Below the pieces are notes generated by a model. That model did not search any database. It was not told the DNA's origin and was given only the letters and a program-made list of their open reading frames with translations. The position numbers and the translations under genes are program-made. Positions 35,191 to 44,595 of a stretch of DNA of 64,000 nt are shown here, piece after piece (the first letter of the stretch is position 1; the number at the start of each line of letters is the position of its first letter). The stretch comes from an uncultured Eubacteriales bacterium (GTDB lineage: Bacteria > Bacillota > Clostridia > Christensenellales > CAG-917): NCBI GenBank assembly GCA_900322215.1, contig ONYW01000006.1:8304-72303 (forward strand). Direction: 5' to 3'.

Positions 35191-36162
35191 TTATGCCTCT
35201 TGTTTCATCTTGTTGAACGCTTCGAGATATTCGTTCCAAGCAGAATACTCTGCATTTGTTCGTTTGTCCGCAAACAGTCCTGTCGAAGCGAGGTAGTTGC
35301 CGATATAGGCGCTGACTTTTTCCGCACCGCTGTCGTTGAGGTGGTCACCGCCGTCGCGCGTGTCCGTCGTCCAGTCGATAGGCACTTCCTCCGTCATCAC
35401 GTTGAAGTCTAAAAACTCGACGCCGAGGTCGGAAGCGAGTTTCACTATGCCGTTATGCTTTCGCATATTCCAGTTGGTTGTGCTCGGAGTGCTGACGAGG
35501 ACGAACTTTGCGCCGTGCGCTTCACAAAACTCTTTCATTCGTTTAACGTAGCCGCGGTTGATGAGGTTTACGTACTCGTTCTTGTCCGTCGCCTGCATAT
35601 AGCGAGAGGCGTCCGCCGCCTTTACGTCGCTTGAAAAGGTGTAGCCTTTGAAGTCGCAAACGTGCGTATAGTTCCTTTCCGCGCCGACCTCGGACGCGTC
35701 CATAGTCTTCCACCTGTTGTGGTATGTAAGCACGGAGAACGTCGGAATAAGTTCGCTTGTCACCCAGCCCCAAAGGATGGGCGACTTGTAGATCCTATCC
35801 GTCTCCAAAAACACTACCTTTGGCGAATGCTTTTCAAACGTATCGTGCAGGAACCTTTCGGAATATTTGAGCGTTTGCATGCTTGTGCCGCAGTTGTAGG
35901 ACGTAAAGCCGTGCCGTTCCCAAATGTACATAGGGCTGAAGGCGCAATGCACCTCGCTGTCGCCAAGAAATAGCGCGTCGAGCGAATCCGTCGGCTCGGC
36001 AAGCACCGCCTTTGCGCGCCAGTCGAGCATACCGCTTGCGGGATCGTTGTCGCGCGGAGTAAAAACAAAAGACATGAGAAGAAGCGAGCCGACAAATACG
36101 ATTGTAAAGCAGGCGGCAACGATAAGTTTTTTGAACCAATCTTTCTTTAACAAGTCTTTCAT
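35191..36162 (-). CDS. Membrane-anchored SGNH/DltD-like protein (paralogue 2)
   Basis: N-terminal TM anchor. GDSE block I and DGGDH block V. Last gene of the dlt-like operon. Confidence 0.65.
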   Translation of the reverse strand: MKDLLKKDWFKKLIVAACFTIVFVGSLLLMSFVFTPRDNDPASGMLDWRAKAVLAEPTDSLDALFLGDSEVHCAFSPMYIWERHGFTSYNCGTSMQTLKYSERFLHDTFEKHSPKVVFLETDRIYKSPILWGWVTSELIPTFSVLTYHNRWKTMDASEVGAERNYTHVCDFKGYTFSSDVKAADASRYMQATDKNEYVNLINRGYVKRMKEFCEAHGAKFVLVSTPSTTNWNMRKHNGIVKLASDLGVEFLDFNVMTEEVPIDWTTDTRDGGDHLNDSGAEKVSAYIGNYLASTGLFADKRTNAEYSAWNEYLEAFNKMKQEA

Positions 36163-36186
36163 AGGTTTGAGTATTGTTTCAGCGGA

Positions 36187-37215
36187 TCAAACGACGCCCT
36201 CGCTCTCTTTTCGCTCGTTGTACTTTTGCAGGGATTCGTTCCACTGCGCGTACGCGCTATCCGCCCTGTGGTCGGTGAATATGCCGAGACTTGCGAGGTA
36301 TTTGCCAATGTATGAACTGACCTTTTCCGCGCCCTTCACGTTCATGTGGTCGCCTGCGTCGCGGGTGTCCGTCGACCAGTCGATGCCGACCTCGTCAAGT
36401 ATCAAATTCATGTCGATATACTCGATACCGACCTCGTTTGCAAACTTTTCGATGCCGTTGTGGTTTTTCATATTCCAGTTGGTTGTGCTCGGCACGCTGA
36501 CAAGCACGAGTTTTGCACCGTGCGCCTCGCAAAATTCTTTCATCTTTATCAGACAACTGCGGTTTCTATAAAACATAGATCTCACGCTCGTGGTCGGCGC
36601 CATGTGTCCTACGGGGTCGACAGGTCTTACGCCTGCGTCAAACTCAAAGCCTTTGAGATAACTCAAAAACTCGTATTTCTCAGGCTGTCCGATCTCTGAC
36701 GCGTCCATTCCTTTCCAGCGGTTGTGATATGTGAGGACGCTAAAAGTCGACACCATATAACTGCTCACTATTCGCCATATAAATAGCGACTTTTTGAATA
36801 TGGAGTCCGTCTCCAAAAAGACGACCTTCGGAGACTGCGTCTCGAACACGCCGTGCAAAAAGTCCTCCGAATAGTTGAGAGGATGACCGCGACCTGCGCA
36901 GTTGTAGGTGGCAAAACCCTGCTCGTTCCAAATCGTCATTGGCGTGAAAGCATAAGCCCCCTCGCTGTTGCCGATAAACATTGCGTCAATCGTATTCTTC
37001 GGTTCTGCATAGACCGCATGCGCTTCCCAGTCGATTATGCCCGCGTCGGGATAGTTGTTGGTCGGCTTGAACACGAACGACATAAGCAGGAGCGAGCCGA
37101 TAAACACAAACGTAAACACCGTCGCAACGACGATTTTTTTGAGTTTGTCGTTTTTCAGCAAATCTTTGTTCAGCCAACTGATTTTCGTCCTATTTTTCTT
37201 GGGATTGTCGTTCAT
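36187..37215 (-). CDS. Membrane-anchored SGNH/DltD-like protein (paralogue 1)
   Basis: ATG 37215 (MNDNPKKNRTK..) has AAGGGGG upstream. GNSE and DAGDH motifs. Nucleotide patches are near-identical to the 35191-36162 gene. Confidence 0.65.
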   Translation of the reverse strand: MNDNPKKNRTKISWLNKDLLKNDKLKKIVVATVFTFVFIGSLLLMSFVFKPTNNYPDAGIIDWEAHAVYAEPKNTIDAMFIGNSEGAYAFTPMTIWNEQGFATYNCAGRGHPLNYSEDFLHGVFETQSPKVVFLETDSIFKKSLFIWRIVSSYMVSTFSVLTYHNRWKGMDASEIGQPEKYEFLSYLKGFEFDAGVRPVDPVGHMAPTTSVRSMFYRNRSCLIKMKEFCEAHGAKLVLVSVPSTTNWNMKNHNGIEKFANEVGIEYIDMNLILDEVGIDWSTDTRDAGDHMNVKGAEKVSSYIGKYLASLGIFTDHRADSAYAQWNESLQKYNERKESEGVV

Positions 37216-37225
37216 AGTCGCCCCC

Positions 37226-38869
37226 TTAGAACTGCGCGTACATCGGATGCACTTCCGCATAGCCGACGCCGTATGCGCCGAAGATGACGAGGAACATCGC
37301 AAGCACGAAGATCACGCTCCACTGAAGCACGAGCGCGCCCTTTGCGGGACGGGTTTGAAGTTCTCTCACCGAAATCTTCTTTTCGTTCAAAATGCTGACG
37401 ACAAAGACGCCGAGGAGCGTTATGCCGATGATGATAAAGTCGAGATAGTCGATTCCGCCCTTGACGAGCAAATCCGAGTTTAAGGACGAGAAAGTTAGAT
37501 CCGTAAAGATTTTGCCGAACATACGGAAGCCGTTTGTCAAGCCTTCCGCCCTGAAAAACAGTTCGCCGACAACGACGAGAATGCTCGTTCTCACCACCTG
37601 CATTGCGTGGTAGAAGAAGTTTTCGGGGTTGATTTTCAGTTTTTTGTTGACGACTCTTACGATAGGCGCTATCAAATTGCCGAGGAGTATGAGCACGAAG
37701 TGGTACATTCCGAAGAAGATGTAGTTCCAGTCCGCGCCGTGCCAAAGTCCGTTGCAAATCCAAACGGAGAAGAGCGCGATACTGCCCGCGATGAGAGGTC
37801 CGTAGTGGTTGCCTATCTTCTTCCTTGCGGAAGCGGTGAGTTTTTTCATGCTTCCCGACGTCGTGACAGGATAGAAGATGTAGTCTCTGAACCAAGTTCC
37901 GAGCGTGATGTGCCAACGCTTCCAAAACTCCGAAATGCTCTTTGAGAAGAACGGTCTCTCGAAGTTTTCCGGGAACTGTACGCCGATGATTTGCGCGAGT
38001 CCGAGGACTATGTCCATAACGCCCGAGAAGTCCATGTAGAGTTGGATCGTATAGAAGATCGCGCCAAGTGCGATAGTTCCGCCGTCAAGCCCCGCATATC
38101 CCGAAAAGATGACGCCGACAAGCCCGTTCAAGCGGTCCGCTATCACTATCTTTTTTATCATACCGAAGAGTATGCGTTGAAGCCCGAACGTAAGGTTTTC
38201 GGACGTGACGGGCTTTGCGTTCCACAGTTGCTCCGCCGTTTGGTTGTAACGGCAAATCGGACCTTCCACTATTTGCGGGAAGAATCCGAGGAAGAGCGCG
38301 AGGCGCAGTATGTTGTCGTCCGCCTTCGTTATACCGCGGTATACGTCGAGTATGTAGGAGAGCGCTTGCAGGCTGAAAAACGATATGCCGAGAGGCACCA
38401 AAAATTTAGGAATGGCAATAACCGTTGACGAACCCGTCGCCGCAATAATCCTGTTTATGTTGGTGATAAAGAATCCCGTGTATTTGAGCACGACGAGCGC
38501 GCCGATGTGAATGAGTACGGCAAGCACGAGGACTCCGCGCTGATAGCGCACGTACTTTTTCTTTACCGCCTTCTTCTCCTCTTTCTCCGCCTGTTTGAGC
38601 GTCTCGTTCATCTGCCCTTTGAGCCTCTCTATCCAAATCGCAAAATAGTGCATAAGGAAGGTGGACACAAGAAGGTATATGAGCATTCCGCCGTTGACGA
38701 GGAAATAGAAAACGTAACTTGCTATGAGCAAGTAATACTTTTTTGCCTTCTTCGGCGTTATCGCATACAAAAACACGAAGATAGGCAGCAGATATATGAC
38801 GGATTGGAAGGATGTGAACGAACTTAGATTCGGCAACACTCCATGAAAGATCCAGGTGAGTTTGCCCAT
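37226..38869 (-). CDS. MBOAT-family O-acyltransferase (DltB/AlgI-like)
   Basis: Polytopic, about 547 aa. Conserved His motif NGLWHGADWNY. ATG 38869 has AGAGGA upstream, directly after the carrier-protein stop. Confidence 0.8.
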   Translation of the reverse strand: MGKLTWIFHGVLPNLSSFTSFQSVIYLLPIFVFLYAITPKKAKKYYLLIASYVFYFLVNGGMLIYLLVSTFLMHYFAIWIERLKGQMNETLKQAEKEEKKAVKKKYVRYQRGVLVLAVLIHIGALVVLKYTGFFITNINRIIAATGSSTVIAIPKFLVPLGISFFSLQALSYILDVYRGITKADDNILRLALFLGFFPQIVEGPICRYNQTAEQLWNAKPVTSENLTFGLQRILFGMIKKIVIADRLNGLVGVIFSGYAGLDGGTIALGAIFYTIQLYMDFSGVMDIVLGLAQIIGVQFPENFERPFFSKSISEFWKRWHITLGTWFRDYIFYPVTTSGSMKKLTASARKKIGNHYGPLIAGSIALFSVWICNGLWHGADWNYIFFGMYHFVLILLGNLIAPIVRVVNKKLKINPENFFYHAMQVVRTSILVVVGELFFRAEGLTNGFRMFGKIFTDLTFSSLNSDLLVKGGIDYLDFIIIGITLLGVFVVSILNEKKISVRELQTRPAKGALVLQWSVIFVLAMFLVIFGAYGVGYAEVHPMYAQF

Positions 38870-38872
38870 CAA

Positions 38873-39100
38873 TTAGTCCTCTTGCAAGCGTTCTATCATC
38901 GCCATCATGGCTTTTGCCGAATTGAAGTTGGCAGGGATAATCTCCGCCGCGGGAATCGTGATGTCAAAAGCGTCTTCGAGTTCCGCTATAAGCGAGATGA
39001 TCGACAAGGAATCCAAATAGTGACCGTCAATAAGATTTTCGCACGTTGCGTAATCGATATCAGGGTTGATGTCTTCCAAAATTTCAAGCAATTGATCCAT
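38873..39100 (-). CDS. Acyl/aminoacyl carrier protein (DltC-like)
   Basis: 75 aa. Phosphopantetheine-Ser motif LDSLSIISL. Confidence 0.8.
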   Translation of the reverse strand: MDQLLEILEDINPDIDYATCENLIDGHYLDSLSIISLIAELEDAFDITIPAAEIIPANFNSAKAMMAMIERLQED

Positions 39101-39111
39101 ACTTTACCTCT

Positions 39112-40290
39112 CTATTTGTTGTATTGCGGTGTATTCAAAGCCGCCGTTTCAAAGGCTTCGCGCACAAGGAGCGTCTCTCCGTTCTCGCGCAGCATATAAA
39201 CGGCAGGCAGGTCGCGACTTAGGAACAGCGATATGCCCTCCATAAGGCAATACGCGCCCGCGTTTTCAAAGCATAGCACGTCGCCTATCTCTATGTTTTT
39301 GGGAAGCGTAACTTGTTTTGCGAGTATGTCGTTCATAGAACATAGCGCGCCGCAAATCGTCCATACGTCCCCCGCTTCTTCGCCCTCTTTGCCGACGACG
39401 GACATGAGCGGGTGTTTCATCGCCATTTGTTGACCGAAATAGACGATATGGTGCATTCCGCCGTCCACGAGCATATAGTTTATGCCTTTGTTGCACTTCA
39501 TATCCACGACGTGCGTGTAGTATTTTCCGCAGGACGCCACGACGGATCTGCCGAGTTCGAGCGTAATCTTTGCCTTGAACGTCATAGCGTTCACCGCGTC
39601 CGAAAATTCGGCAAGATACGCCTCTTCGTCAAACTCCTCGTTTTCAAAGTATGCGACGGGGAATCCTCCGCCGTACTCAAAATATTCCGCCTCGAATCCC
39701 AAATCGTCTCTTAGATGCAGGAGGAAAGCGTCGAGGTGTTCGAGTTCGCGCCTGAGTTTTTTGACCGACGACTTTTGCGTACCCGAGAAGAATTGAATGC
39801 CTATGCACTTCACTCTCTCGTGATTTGCAATGTCTTTTAGTATATCTTCGACGTCTTGTTCGTTCACGCCGAATTGACTGCTGTTAGTGAGCCTGACAAG
39901 AACTCTCACGTCTCTTTCGTATTTGTTTGAAAGTTCGACGAGCAGGCGGTATTGTGAGAGTGATTCTATCGTGTAAACGCCCCAAAAACTCTCATCTTTC
40001 ACGAGGCTTTCGATAAACGACGGAGTCTTGTACACGCCGGATATGACCATCTTTTTTGTCGCGATATTAAGCGTTTTGCAAATGTCCACCTCGCCGGGGG
40101 AGCAAAGTTCAAACTTCTCGATAACGTCGTCTATCTCTTTCACGACAAACGGATTCGCCTTTGCCGCATAACAAATTGTCACGCACTTCGGAAGGCGGGA
40201 TTTGAGATAGTTTATTCTCGCTTTCAGCACGCCCGTGTCAAGCACGTAAAAGGCGTTTTTGTTCGTCGCAAGGATGTTTTCTATATTCAT
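39112..40290 (-). CDS. Fold-type-III PLP-dependent decarboxylase (Orn/DAP/Arg decarboxylase family)
   Basis: YAAKANP (PLP Lys), EYGGGFP and CGALCSMND motifs. ATGA overlap with the adenylation gene. Confidence 0.8.
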   Translation of the reverse strand: MNIENILATNKNAFYVLDTGVLKARINYLKSRLPKCVTICYAAKANPFVVKEIDDVIEKFELCSPGEVDICKTLNIATKKMVISGVYKTPSFIESLVKDESFWGVYTIESLSQYRLLVELSNKYERDVRVLVRLTNSSQFGVNEQDVEDILKDIANHERVKCIGIQFFSGTQKSSVKKLRRELEHLDAFLLHLRDDLGFEAEYFEYGGGFPVAYFENEEFDEEAYLAEFSDAVNAMTFKAKITLELGRSVVASCGKYYTHVVDMKCNKGINYMLVDGGMHHIVYFGQQMAMKHPLMSVVGKEGEEAGDVWTICGALCSMNDILAKQVTLPKNIEIGDVLCFENAGAYCLMEGISLFLSRDLPAVYMLRENGETLLVREAFETAALNTPQYNK

Positions 40291-41807
40291 TGTTTCTTTC
40301 CCTCTGCGAGCATAATCGCCGCTTGTCTGTCTATCTTGCCGTTCTTCGTCATAGGCATTTCGTCCATCTTGCGGATAAAGCCCGGGATCATAAACACGGG
40401 CAGGCTCTGCTTCATAACCGAATATAGTTCCGTCTTGTCGATAGAACCGACGTAGTAGCCTTTGAGCCTCTCCTTTTCCTTTTCGAACACGCAGAAGCAG
40501 CGGTCTACGCCGTCTATGAGCGACATAGCCTTTTCCACCTCTTCAAGTTCTATACGGTGTCCCATATACTTGATTTGATGATCCTTTCTTCCGCAAAAGA
40601 CGAGGTCTCCGTTTTCGTCGTATTTGCCTATATCGCCCGTCACGTACACGCGCTCGGGGTAGGCGTCATTCAAAGGATTTTGGATGAAACTCTCGGCGTT
40701 TTTGTCCTGCAAACGGTAGTAGCCGAGCGCAAGCGCAGTGCCTCTCACGAGGATTTTGCCCTGCACGCCCGCCTCCGTCACGCGCTTTCCTTCGTCGTCA
40801 ACGAGGAAAACGTCCTCGTTCGGGAAACTCTTGCCTATCGGGATACCGCCCGAATAGTCCCTGCCCTTTTCCAAGATATGATAGGTACAGTTGCAGGTGA
40901 TTTCGGTCGGACCGTAAAGGTTGACGTAGGTCACGTCTGGGAGATACTTTTGCCACTCGCATATACACTTGTACGGCATGACTTCTCCGCTGAAAAGCAC
41001 GCGCTTCAAGGTTGTCGGAGTCCTGTATTCAAGCCCGTGGAAAGTCTTGATGAGGCAAAGCGCCGAGACCGCCCAGGTCATCGTAGTGACACCGCCGTCC
41101 GCAAGGTAGTCCATGAGGCGTGCGGGAGCGGAAAAATACGGGCGCGGAACGACGAGGAGCGTCGCCCCCGTGCGCAAAGCGGAATATATGTCCTTCACTG
41201 ACACGTCAAAGTCAAACGGCGCTTGATTGGCGATAATATCCGTCTCGTCTATGCCGAATATCTCGGTGAAATGCTCTATAAAGTCGATGACGCTCCTGTG
41301 TCCGACGACGATACCCTTCGGCACGCCCGTGGAGCCCGACGTGAAATTGATATAGAGCGGATTTTTGTCTATCATTCTTCCGCGAACGGCTTGAAGCAGT
41401 TCGGCGTTAGGCGCGGTTGACAAAAGGTCGTCAATGACAAAGACCGTGCTGTCCGCAAAAAGTTCCTCAGCTTTTTGCTTCAACTCCGCCGACGTCACTA
41501 TGACTCTTGCTCTCAAAACATCTTGTATTTGAGCAAGTCGCGCGTCGGGAAGTTCCGTATTGAGCATACAATAAAACCCGCCGGCGGCGACAATGCCGAA
41601 GAAAGCGCACAAAGCCTTTATGCCCTTCTCCATATACACTCCGACAGGTTGATTCAAAAGATTCAGTGCGGCAAGACGAGTGCCGACAGCCTCCGTAGCC
41701 TTCAACAAATCTTTATACGTTATCGTTTGTTCTTCCTCGCGAATAGCGACCTTTTCGGGAAAGCGATTCGCGCTGTTTTCAAGATAATAAAGAACGTTTT
41801 CTATCAT
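40287..41807 (-). CDS. Amino-acid adenylation enzyme, DltA-like (AMP-binding family)
   Basis: FTSGSTGVPKG, NLYGPTE, YVTGDIG and PMTKNGKIDR motifs. ATG 41807 (MIENVLYYLENSANRFPEKVAI) has GAGGGAGA upstream. Confidence 0.8.
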   Translation of the reverse strand: MIENVLYYLENSANRFPEKVAIREEEQTITYKDLLKATEAVGTRLAALNLLNQPVGVYMEKGIKALCAFFGIVAAGGFYCMLNTELPDARLAQIQDVLRARVIVTSAELKQKAEELFADSTVFVIDDLLSTAPNAELLQAVRGRMIDKNPLYINFTSGSTGVPKGIVVGHRSVIDFIEHFTEIFGIDETDIIANQAPFDFDVSVKDIYSALRTGATLLVVPRPYFSAPARLMDYLADGGVTTMTWAVSALCLIKTFHGLEYRTPTTLKRVLFSGEVMPYKCICEWQKYLPDVTYVNLYGPTEITCNCTYHILEKGRDYSGGIPIGKSFPNEDVFLVDDEGKRVTEAGVQGKILVRGTALALGYYRLQDKNAESFIQNPLNDAYPERVYVTGDIGKYDENGDLVFCGRKDHQIKYMGHRIELEEVEKAMSLIDGVDRCFCVFEKEKERLKGYYVGSIDKTELYSVMKQSLPVFMIPGFIRKMDEMPMTKNGKIDRQAAIMLAEGKKQ

Positions 41808-41978
41808 TGAACGTCTCCCTCTTGTTGGTTTCTCTATAAAAAATCTCGGCAACACAAGGATATTTCCCCCAAAATGTCCCGAGCAACAAGTACGTCTCTC
41901 GGACAGGTGGCCTTAGCCCTCAATACTCAATATTGTAAGCCTCGGTTTCCGCCCTCCGCCGACTTATTATTTTACATA
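41808..41978 (-). promoter_or_regulatory. Roughly 170-nt leader with mutually exclusive terminator and antiterminator hairpins
   Basis: Minus-strand RNA. Terminator CUCGGGACAU..GUGUUGCCGAG + AUUUUUU (plus coordinates 41836-41883). The competing helix GUCCGAG..CUCGGGAC (41876-41904) uses the same CUCGG. Confidence 0.45.
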
Positions 41979-41984
41979 CATAAG

Positions 41985-42014
41985 ATTATATACATTTTTC
42001 GACGTAGTTGTCAA
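41985..42014 (-). promoter_or_regulatory. Sigma-70-type promoter of the dlt-like operon
   Basis: Minus strand: TTGACA - 18 nt - TATAAT (or 16 nt to TATATA). Confidence 0.6.
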
Positions 42015-42096
42015 TCTTTCACACAAATTAGTTGTTTCAAATATAAAACTATATTTTGCGCGCAAAATATGTCGAAACAAAAATAAATATGTCATA

Positions 42097-42127
42097 CAAA
42101 AAAACGAGCCAAGTTGTTCACTTGGCT
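42097..42127 (-). terminator. Rho-independent terminator after the 811-aa gene
   Basis: Minus strand: AGCCAAGT-gaaca-ACTTGGCT followed by CGTTTTTTT. Confidence 0.75.
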
Positions 42128-42157
42128 TCAAACGCTTCGTTTCGGGATTCTAACCGA

Positions 42158-44593
42158 CTATTTTCCTGCCCTCGTCCGCAATACGCTAAGGCTTGCGTTC
42201 TCTCCGAAGAGATAGCCTTCCTTGTAGGTCATGATGTCAAACGGCTCGAATCCGAGCGCAAGCGAGACGCAACGCTTGAGCACGTTCACGCTGCGCTTAT
42301 AAAACGGCGTACTGCCGTCTTCGAGCGCGGACTGGGCAAGGACTTCGGCGTATGTGTCGAGTTTTACATTTTGAATGAGGTTTTCTCTGCCGTTCAGCGC
42401 GGAGACGTCTACAAACGATAGGTTCTTTCCTCCGCCGTACATGACGTACGGAGTCGCAAAATAATCTTTGCCGTCCTCGGTATAGTACAGCCCTCTCTCC
42501 TCTGCGATATTCGCGATTATCGTCTTGACAGGGAAAAAGTCGTCTATCGTCAGCGGTTCCGACTCAACCCCCGCCATGCCGAGCAGGAGCATGTTGATGG
42601 TTTCGTTGAAGTTCGTCATATCTATGAGGCAACCGAGGTTGACTTGATCTATCGTCTTATAGTCAAAGAAGTTCGTATCGCCGACGAGATTCACGCGCGT
42701 GGCGTAGTTTGTGCCCGCGATATTGTGCGGCGTAACTCCGCCTTGACTGTCAAGGAATGCGAGTATCGCCTGCACGGGTGAGCCGTTGTACATATAGGGA
42801 CCGTTAAAGAGAGTGTCTATGCCTATCGAGAAGATGCCCGACTGGTAGAACATACAGTCTTCAAAGGTTATTTCGTTTTTGACGATAGGCGCGTCTCCGT
42901 CCTTGACGAGGTTTACGTCTCCCAAAATATCGCTCAAAATCCTTGCGAGTTCAAGCCTGTCTTCCATAGGCATTTCCGCGTCTTCCTTGCTGACAGGCAC
43001 GAAAATGGATTTTATGATGCAGGAGGACATTCTCATGAGATTCCATTTGTCCTTGTCCGTTCCGTCAAAAAACTCTTCCGCGCCGTAGTCGTAGTCTACG
43101 CCTCTAAAGGTGAAGCGTACTCGCTTTGTCATGTCTATCTTTTCGTATTCGTTCGCGCCGACTTTTGCGATAAACTCTCTTCCCTTTTCAAGCAAGGTGT
43201 TTTTGACAAGCGTATTCTTGTTTGAAAAACTCCTCAGCACGTTCTTTCCGCTGGAAAGATGCGAGTTGACGATAGTGACGTCGTCGCCCATGATCTCTAC
43301 CACCGTACCCGTATAGTCGTTGTTTTCAAGAGTGGACGAATAGTCGCAGTTTTTGAAGTTCACGTCGCGAAGAGTAATCCCGTCTCCGTCTATCAAAAAT
43401 CCCACGTTGTCCTGACCGAACGCCTTGACGACGGGCAGGTCGTTAGTGCCGATGATGACGTATGGAAGCGGTCCGCGGAAGAGATCGTCGTCGCCGAGGG
43501 TTACGAGATATTCCTCCGTCGCAAGTCTCTTTGTCGGGTAAGTCAAATTGTGAAGGTTGACAAGATAGCCGTTGCCGTAAAAATCCTTTTGAATACGCAA
43601 GCCGACGACTATGTCTTTTGACACTTCGTCATCGTTCTTTGCGTTGTACTGGTCTATATATTCCGTGTTGTAAGTGGACTCAAACGTGTATACTTCGTTT
43701 GCAAAATCAAAGCGTTCCTTCTCCTTGTCATACGTCCCGAACAACTCGGTATTCTCGTTCTTCTTTGTGAAGTCTCCGTTCTCGTAATCGACGAAAGTGC
43801 CACTTAAAGACTCAAAACTCGACTGTAAACATACGATTCTGCCATTTTGAGACCTGTTCGTGCATTCAAGCAAGTCGCTATACGTATACACGTTCACACC
43901 GTCTTTTACGACGGAGAACTTGTATTCTTCGCTCTCCACGTACGCCTCGTCGTCGGACTTATATCTCACGTACGCTTCTCCCTCGCCGAGGATTTTGACC
44001 TCGCCCGTTTGCGCGTCGTAACTGACGTTTTTTGAAGTCTCCACCTGCATGCGGTCAAGCACGCTCGCAGGCAGCGCCTGCACGTCGAGGAAGAAGCTCG
44101 CAGGGACTGTCGTCGCGCCGTCAAGGTCGTATTCGCCGTAGTAATGTACTCCCTCTATCGAAGTTTGGCTCGGCTGTCTTCTTGCGTTTACCGTCACGAA
44201 TACGCCGTCGTAAATCTTGACCGTAAAGGACTTGGACACGTTTCCGCTTGAATTGGTGCAAGTGACGACAACGCTCCCTTTGCTGTCAAGCACGAGGTAG
44301 GATTTGCCCTCTCTCTGCTCTATTCTTGCGTGTGTAGGCTCTCCCTCTTCGACGTTTTTGACCGTCCAGGTGAGAGTCGCGTCCGCGTCGAATTGCTTGT
44401 TTGCGAGGATAGGTTTTGCAACAAGTTCCACCTCGCCTTCGACAAGCGAGTGCGCCTCCGTACTCTTGTATTCCCACTCGATATTCGAGATGTCGCCCTT
44501 AACTTTCGTCACCAAAAAATTGGATACCGCAAAGAATGAGATAGCCAACACGAACGGTAAAAACAAAAGTATGAACAAGGTTTTCTTCGACAT
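42158..44593 (-). CDS. Large membrane-anchored extracytoplasmic protein of unknown function
   Basis: 811 aa. N-terminal anchor MSKKTLFILLFLPFVLAISFFAV. RBS GAGGAA. Starts 2 nt after the permease stop. I recognise no catalytic motif. Confidence 0.7.
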   Translation of the reverse strand: MSKKTLFILLFLPFVLAISFFAVSNFLVTKVKGDISNIEWEYKSTEAHSLVEGEVELVAKPILANKQFDADATLTWTVKNVEEGEPTHARIEQREGKSYLVLDSKGSVVVTCTNSSGNVSKSFTVKIYDGVFVTVNARRQPSQTSIEGVHYYGEYDLDGATTVPASFFLDVQALPASVLDRMQVETSKNVSYDAQTGEVKILGEGEAYVRYKSDDEAYVESEEYKFSVVKDGVNVYTYSDLLECTNRSQNGRIVCLQSSFESLSGTFVDYENGDFTKKNENTELFGTYDKEKERFDFANEVYTFESTYNTEYIDQYNAKNDDEVSKDIVVGLRIQKDFYGNGYLVNLHNLTYPTKRLATEEYLVTLGDDDLFRGPLPYVIIGTNDLPVVKAFGQDNVGFLIDGDGITLRDVNFKNCDYSSTLENNDYTGTVVEIMGDDVTIVNSHLSSGKNVLRSFSNKNTLVKNTLLEKGREFIAKVGANEYEKIDMTKRVRFTFRGVDYDYGAEEFFDGTDKDKWNLMRMSSCIIKSIFVPVSKEDAEMPMEDRLELARILSDILGDVNLVKDGDAPIVKNEITFEDCMFYQSGIFSIGIDTLFNGPYMYNGSPVQAILAFLDSQGGVTPHNIAGTNYATRVNLVGDTNFFDYKTIDQVNLGCLIDMTNFNETINMLLLGMAGVESEPLTIDDFFPVKTIIANIAEERGLYYTEDGKDYFATPYVMYGGGKNLSFVDVSALNGRENLIQNVKLDTYAEVLAQSALEDGSTPFYKRSVNVLKRCVSLALGFEPFDIMTYKEGYLFGENASLSVLRTRAGK

Positions 44594-44595
44594 AG

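Noticed and set aside
41876-41925. GUCCGAGAG and GAGGGCUAAGGCC in the dlt-like leader resemble the ykkC/guanidine-I riboswitch core.
   Set aside because: The 3' domain (ACACGG..GGGA..AAAGCCCGGGAGA with its P3 hairpin) is not present and the gene context does not fit. I keep this only as an unclassified attenuator leader.
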